A stretch of DNA of 12,442 bases from NCBI GenBank assembly GCA_001192655.1, contig BBVC01000027.1:1-12442 (forward strand). Direction: 5' to 3'. The stretch is from Caedimonas varicaedens (GTDB taxonomy: Bacteria > Pseudomonadota > Alphaproteobacteria > Caedimonadales > Caedimonadaceae). Positions 8,726-12,442 of this stretch are shown here, in pieces. The notes beneath the pieces are model-generated. The model worked only from the letters and a program-made list of their open reading frames with translations, was not told where the DNA came from and did not search any database. The position numbers and the translations under genes were made by a program. Position 1 is the stretch's first letter; the number at the start of each line of letters is the position of its first letter.

Positions 8726-9202
8726 ATGCTTTCAAGCCAGACCCTAACCTTGAAGAAGTCGTTGCGTGTTGAAAAACAGACGCAGATGGAGCAAATAAGC
8801 GGGCAGATGTCACCCGCCCAAGACAAAATCCAGCGCCAGAGGAAAGCCATGGACTGGCTCATGCAAGCCTTCCCTCAATGTTTCAATCTTAAGGCGCCGG
8901 TGCCTTTGAAGGTTGGCATTGCCAAAAAGGTGATGGAAAAATGGCTATACTTGTCCTCTCTGCCCTATGATCAGCAACCGCCCTCCCGCCTGGACGTTCG
9001 GCAGGTCATGGGTTGGTATACGCGCCGTTTCCTCTATCACAAATCCTTTGAGACTGCGACCCACCGTATTGACCTGGACGGCAAGGAAGCGGGGGAGATC
9101 ACGGAGACGGAAAAGGAATATGCAAGGGAAAGGGTGAATGCGATAAAGAAATTGCGGAAGGCAAGAACAGGCACAAAGGGGGATTTTAGTCAGAAGGGTT
9201 AA
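8726..9202 (+). CDS. ProQ/FinO-domain RNA chaperone-like protein
   Basis: AGAGGAG upstream of the ATG at 8726. AMDWLMQAFPQCFNLKAPVPLKVGIAKKV ... SRLDVRQVMGWYTRRFLYHKSF...HRIDLDGKEAGEIT follows the ProQ/FinO domain pattern, and the C-terminal tail is basic. Confidence 0.8.
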   Translation: MLSSQTLTLKKSLRVEKQTQMEQISGQMSPAQDKIQRQRKAMDWLMQAFPQCFNLKAPVPLKVGIAKKVMEKWLYLSSLPYDQQPPSRLDVRQVMGWYTRRFLYHKSFETATHRIDLDGKEAGEITETEKEYARERVNAIKKLRKARTGTKGDFSQKG

Positions 9203-9462
9203 TTTTTATAATGACTTCGACAGCTTATAATGACGACCTTGTCATCTTGAACTCTGTAAACAAGCCGATGTTCATCATCAATGCGCCGTGACCAGCAACC
9301 GCGCAACTGCCATTTAAGCGGCTCTGGCTTGCCAATTCCCTCATAAGGCGTTCGCACACATTCCTGAATCAGACGATTGATCTTTTTGACTTGCCGGGGA
9401 TCGTGTCCCTGCCAATACATGTACTCATCCCAAGCCTCTTTCAAAAATGCAATTTCAAACAT
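9199..9462 (-). CDS. yoeB: YoeB/Txe-family toxin (mRNA interferase)
   Basis: MFEIAFLKEAWDEYMYWQ...GIGKPEPLKWQLRGCWSRRIDDEHRLVY is colinear with E. coli YoeB. The ATG at 9462 overlaps the yefM stop by 8 nt (ATGTTTGA). Confidence 0.9.
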   Translation of the reverse strand: MFEIAFLKEAWDEYMYWQGHDPRQVKKINRLIQECVRTPYEGIGKPEPLKWQLRGCWSRRIDDEHRLVYRVQDDKVVIISCRSHYKN

Positions 9463-9715
9463 CAAAGTCCTTAATATCTTTGAGGATAACCTTCCCAGCC
9501 TTTACATCTTCAATACCCTTCATCAAGCGTGCCGCCGTGTCAGGATTAGAAAGAAGGTAGGCTGTTTCTTCTATGGCATTATAATCATCCAGGGACATCA
9601 AAACCATATGGCCATCATGCTTGCGCGTGACAATAGCCGGCTCATGCCTGTCCTGAACCTTATCCATAATGGTCTTCATATCTCTTCGCAAATCAGAGTA
9701 ACTGACAACTTGCAT
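9455..9715 (-). CDS. yefM: YefM/Phd-family antitoxin
   Basis: MQVVSYSDLRRDMKTIMDKVQDRHEPAIVTRKHDGHMVLMSLDDYNAIEETAYLL is a typical YefM N-terminal domain. AGGAGA lies upstream of the ATG at 9715. Confidence 0.9.
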   Translation of the reverse strand: MQVVSYSDLRRDMKTIMDKVQDRHEPAIVTRKHDGHMVLMSLDDYNAIEETAYLLSNPDTAARLMKGIEDVKAGKVILKDIKDFDV

Positions 9716-9732
9716 TTTCTTATCTCCTATAA

Positions 9733-9780
9733 CGTACTATTTACTGTATTTATTATTGTACACTATAGAAAAAATGTCAA
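9733..9780 (-). promoter_or_regulatory. yefM-yoeB promoter (TTGACA-17 nt-AATAAT) with TGTACA-type operator hexamers at 12-bp phasing
   Basis: On the minus strand, TTGACA is at 9780-9775 and AATAAT at 9757-9752. The hexamers (plus-strand sequence and coordinates) are TGTACA 9757-9762, TGTATT 9745-9750 and CGTACT 9733-9738, with centres 12 bp apart. Confidence 0.55.
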
Positions 9781-9836
9781 GCAACCATCCCATCTAAAAA
9801 AAGAACAAAATTCTGAAGATTTTTTGAAAAAACGGC

Positions 9837-9866
9837 TTGACTCAGCTCGGAGACCCGAGCTATCGT
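9837..9866 (+). promoter_or_regulatory. Possible promoter (TTGACT-18 nt-TATCGT) with a 7-bp-stem hairpin in the spacer
   Basis: TTGACT at 9837-9842 and TATCGT at 9861-9866. AGCTCGG-AGAC-CCGAGCT at 9844-9861. Confidence 0.3.
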
Positions 9867-9940
9867 TACGTGACGTTAAGGAAGGTCGAAGTTCCCTAAC
9901 GCCACTAAACATAAACCAACTTACTGTAAGGAGTTGATCC

Positions 9941-10126
9941 ATGTCTAATTTTTCACTACGCCATTCTGGCGATTTTTGCAAGCAAACTGTTGATGAAACC
10001 TTTGAAGATACTTTCAATGTCATCTCAAAAATACGGGAAGACAACGAGTATCTTCTGGGTTGCCTGGAACATAGCCTCCAGCGTCTTTCAGAGATGTTCA
10101 AAGACGTCAGCAGCGACCGCGCCTGA
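9941..10126 (+). CDS. Hypothetical 61-aa acidic protein
   Basis: AAGGAG 7 nt upstream of the ATG. No recognisable family. Confidence 0.45.
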   Translation: MSNFSLRHSGDFCKQTVDETFEDTFNVISKIREDNEYLLGCLEHSLQRLSEMFKDVSSDRA

Positions 10127-10177
10127 CTCTTCATTTTAACTTTTAACATTTTTTAAACTTTGAAAAGGAGAGCCGCC

Positions 10178-10414
10178 ATGCGCGCAGCAAACACTCAAAC
10201 TACGCCCGAAATTATGGTCATCAACGACTTTGTACCCTCCCTCACAGAACCTTCCCGCGAGGATGTCCAGCAGACCCTCGACAACCTGTTTCATTGGAAA
10301 TTCCCCGAAGAAGACGAACCTTGCGGAAGACTCAACCTGGATGCTGGGGGCTTCTTTTGCCAGCAAACAGACGAACAGGAATGGCGGGAAGATTATTATG
10401 CCAGTATAAGATTA
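10178..10414 (+). pseudogene. 5' part (79 codons) of an ORF split by the IS630-family insertion
   Basis: AAAGGAGAG upstream of the ATG at 10178. The ORF ends at a TAG contributed by the first 3 nt of the IS (10415-10417). It continues in frame at 11319 once the IS and one TA are removed. Confidence 0.7.
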
Positions 10415-11316
10415 TAGCTAAAAACCTTTAAAATGGTTATATTATGGATAATTTTTAAGAGGATTATTCCATGACCTATTCATTAGATTTTAGACTTCGT
10501 GTTTTATCTGTAAAAAAGAAGAAAAATTTGAGTTTTGCTGAAACGGCGGATCTCTTTGGTGTTGGAGTGACCAGTCTTGTCAGATGGGTCAAGAAGCCTG
10601 AGCCTCAGACACATCGTCATAAACCAGCCACTAAGCTTAATATGGATGCCCTTAAAGAAGATATACAGCTTTATCCTGATGCTTATCAGTACGAGAGAGC
10701 AGAACGTCTTGGTGTGAGCTCTATGGGGATATGGCACGCTTTAAAACGCTTGAATGTGACCTATAAAAAAACGCTCAAACATCCCAAGGCCGATCCAGAA
10801 AAGCGTGCTACTTTTTGTCAAGAGCTGAAAGCTTATGAAGAAGCAGGGCATCCTATCATTTCTCTTGATGAATCTGGATTTGCACACCATATGCCACGCA
10901 CTCATGGTTATTCTCCAAAAGGAAAGAGATGTGAGGGGATTCATGATTGGGGAGCAAAGGGACGAACGAATGTCATCGGCGCCTTATTCCAAGGTCTGCT
11001 ATTGACCGTGAGCTTGTTCTGCTTCTCGATTAATACCGAGGTGTTTACACAATGGATCATTGACGATTTACTTCCGAAACTGCCTCCTAAAAGCGTCCTT
11101 ATTTTGGATAATGCCACCTTTCATAGGGAAAAGCGATGCAAAAAGCAATTGCTGAGGCAGGGCATATCGTGCTGTATCTGCCTCCTTATTCTCCAGACTT
11201 TAATCCCATCGAGCATAAATGGGCACAAGCAAAAGCAATTAGACGCAAAAAAAGGTGTTCTATCGAGCAATTATTTCAGAATAATAAAATATGACCGTTT
11301 TATATGTTGTTAGCTA
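10415..11316 (+). mobile_element. IS630/Tc1-mariner family IS (ISY100-like, 902 bp) flanked by a TA duplication
   Basis: The terminal inverted repeats TAGCTAAAAACCTTTAAAATGG (left) and the reverse complement of the right end, TAGCTAACAACATATAAAACGG, match at 18/22 positions (20/24 if the flanking TA is counted). TA occurs at 10413-10414 and 11317-11318. The element has an internal DDE transposase. Confidence 0.85.
10471..11294 (+). pseudogene. IS630-family DDE transposase, frameshifted near 11126-11133
   Basis: Frame A carries the HTH (SFAETADLFGVGVTSLVRW), D (ISLDESGF) and D (ILDNATFH). The motif AMQKAIAEAGHIVLYLPPYSPDFNPIEHKWAQAK, with the catalytic E, is in the -1 frame (11127-11291, stop at 11292-11294). 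Confidence 0.8.
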
Positions 11317-11318
11317 TA

Positions 11319-11468
11319 GGACGTCTTCGGTTGGATCCCTTTTCAAGACTTCTTTATTCCAGCAATCCCGATGAATTCAGGGCGGTCAAATCCCGCATGG
11401 ATCAAGGCATGAGTGTGGAAGCCGCCATTGAGGATATCCTGGCGGAACAGGAGGGGAAGAAGATATGA
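11319..11468 (+). pseudogene. 3' part (49 codons) of the IS630-split ORF; the tail resembles the C-terminus of F-type TraC
   Basis: Manual translation gives GRLRLDPFSRLLYSSNPDEFRAVKSRMDQGMSVEAAIEDILAEQEGKKI*. The stop (11466-11468) overlaps the traW ATG (ATGA). Confidence 0.6.
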
Positions 11469-12094
11469 GCCGTTTCGTTCATCTTCTGAGGGTCTCTTTT
11501 TTGTTCGTCATGACAACGGCTCATGCCAAAGACCTGGGCGTTTATGGGGAGACTTTTCCCATTGCCGAAGAGAATCTTCTGACGCTGATTCAACAGAAGC
11601 TGAAGACCATGGAAGAAAACGGAGACCTCATGAAAACCCGGCAAACCCTGGCAGAAAAAGCGGCACAGAACATCCGCCACCCGGCTCCTGTGAAAGGACT
11701 CATCAAAACAGAGACGCCGCGCCAGTGGTTGTACGACCCTTCCATAACGGTTGACAAAGATATCAAAGACCTCAAGGGCAACCTGATTGCCACCAAAGGA
11801 CAAATCGTGAATCCTCTGGACACCCTGTCATGGGGGGCGCCGTTGCTGTTTTTAGACGGCGATGACCCGGAACAGGTGGCGTGGGCGGAAACCCAGCATA
11901 CCCTGGCCAAATGGGTTTTGGTCAAGGGATCTCCTGTAGACATGGAAGAAAAGCTGAAGCACCCCATTTATTTTGACCAGGCAGGCATGCTGGCGGGCAA
12001 GTTCGGTATTCGTGCTGTTCCTTGCCGCATCAGCCAGAAAGACAAGAAATTGTTGGTGGAAGAAATCAGCCTTGACGGAGGGGAACAACCATGA
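11465..12094 (+). CDS. traW: F-type conjugative transfer pilus assembly protein TraW
   Basis: Signal peptide MSRFVHLLRVSFLFVMTTAHA|KD. DLGVYGETFPIAEENLLTLIQQKL ... LYDPSITV ... LLFLDGDDPEQVAWA ... IYFDQAGMLAGKFGIRAVPCRI is colinear with F-plasmid TraW. Confidence 0.85.
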   Translation: MSRFVHLLRVSFLFVMTTAHAKDLGVYGETFPIAEENLLTLIQQKLKTMEENGDLMKTRQTLAEKAAQNIRHPAPVKGLIKTETPRQWLYDPSITVDKDIKDLKGNLIATKGQIVNPLDTLSWGAPLLFLDGDDPEQVAWAETQHTLAKWVLVKGSPVDMEEKLKHPIYFDQAGMLAGKFGIRAVPCRISQKDKKLLVEEISLDGGEQP

Positions 12095-12192
12095 ATTCTG
12101 CAAAAAGGGTGACGATTTTGCGTCAACTGAATCCAACAGGAAAGACGATTTTGGGGAGGAAAAGGCATGAAAATGCTTTTAACAAATGTCTT
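12091..12192 (+). CDS. Possible 33-aa basic ORF translationally coupled to traW
   Basis: ATGA overlap with the traW stop. Manual translation gives MNSAKRVTILRQLNPTGKTILGRKRHENAFNKCL*. There is no other support. Confidence 0.2.
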
Positions 12193-12442
12193 TAAAAGAA
12201 CAAGAGAACTTTGTTTTCTTCAAAAAGAAAGAAAAGCCAGGATCATTCTTGATCATTTCTTGAGCGAAGATGACGTCTCTTCCAAAGCTCTTTTAAAGGT
12301 GTTCTTTGCATTGGACGTTATCGGGATGAGGCTTCTCTGCCTTTTCCTCACTTCCTGGAGTCTGTTGGCTGCTTCACTTGCTTTTGTTTTATCCCGTTAT
12401 TGGGTTATCTTATGGCTCGTGCCTGCCTTTTTTATAGCGAGC
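12167..12442 (+). CDS. Hypothetical membrane protein, 5' partial view (open to the window end)
   Basis: GGAGG about 9 nt upstream of the ATG at 12167, then 92 codons without a stop. The hydrophobic stretch LLCLFLTSWSLLAASLAFVLSRYWVILWLVPAFFIA suggests TM helices. It does not resemble TraU. Confidence 0.4.
   Translation, partial: MKMLLTNVFKRTRELCFLQKERKARIILDHFLSEDDVSSKALLKVFFALDVIGMRLLCLFLTSWSLLAASLAFVLSRYWVILWLVPAFFIAS

Noticed and set aside
9377-10149. ORFs 9377..9937 (+) and 9763..10149 (-)
   Set aside because: The first is antisense to yoeB/yefM and crosses their promoter. The second is antisense to the 61-aa ORF and its product is Ser/Arg-rich and low-complexity. Neither has an SD.
11402-12168. 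Alternative-frame and antisense ORFs over traW (11402..11803, 11413..11754, 11590..11967, 11852..12136, 11968..12168, 11973..12170)
   Set aside because: The TraW frame is strongly supported along its whole length. The others are overlapping shadow ORFs.

Overview
This window is a mosaic of mobile DNA with several IS insertions. From left to right it contains:
(i) The last 63 bp of an IS21-family copy.
(ii) A 2.1-kb segment carrying a 5'-truncated HhaI-type C5 DNA methyltransferase, a short phage-type C5-methylase-like gene, a small ORF, and a RebB/R-body-family gene whose 3' end is cut off.
(iii) A complete 2007-bp IS21-family element (istA-istB, minus strand), inverted relative to the first copy.
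(iv) A minus-strand phage packaging block: a Dam-type N6-adenine methyltransferase, a putative small terminase, a large terminase, and only the first 115 codons of the next (portal-like) gene, which the IS cuts.
(v) A visibly AT-rich cassette driven by a perfect consensus sigma70 promoter that a 15-bp palindrome overlaps. It holds small unknown ORFs plus a ProQ/FinO-domain RNA chaperone gene.
(vi) A yefM-yoeB toxin-antitoxin pair with a TGTACA-type operator.
(vii) A small ORF, then a 128-codon ORF split precisely at a TA by a 902-bp IS630/ISY100-like element whose transposase is frameshifted.
(viii) The F-type conjugation gene traW, followed by non-canonical ORFs.
I saw no rRNA, tRNA or CRISPR array. 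An R-body gene, a defective phage, eroded F-type tra genes and many IS together suggest a protist-associated intracellular bacterium, but that is inference only. I cannot point to a clearly novel multi-gene system. The best follow-up candidates are the operator-controlled small-ORF + ProQ/FinO cassette, the IS21-bracketed methylase/rebB segment, and the IS630-split ORF that is translationally coupled to traW.
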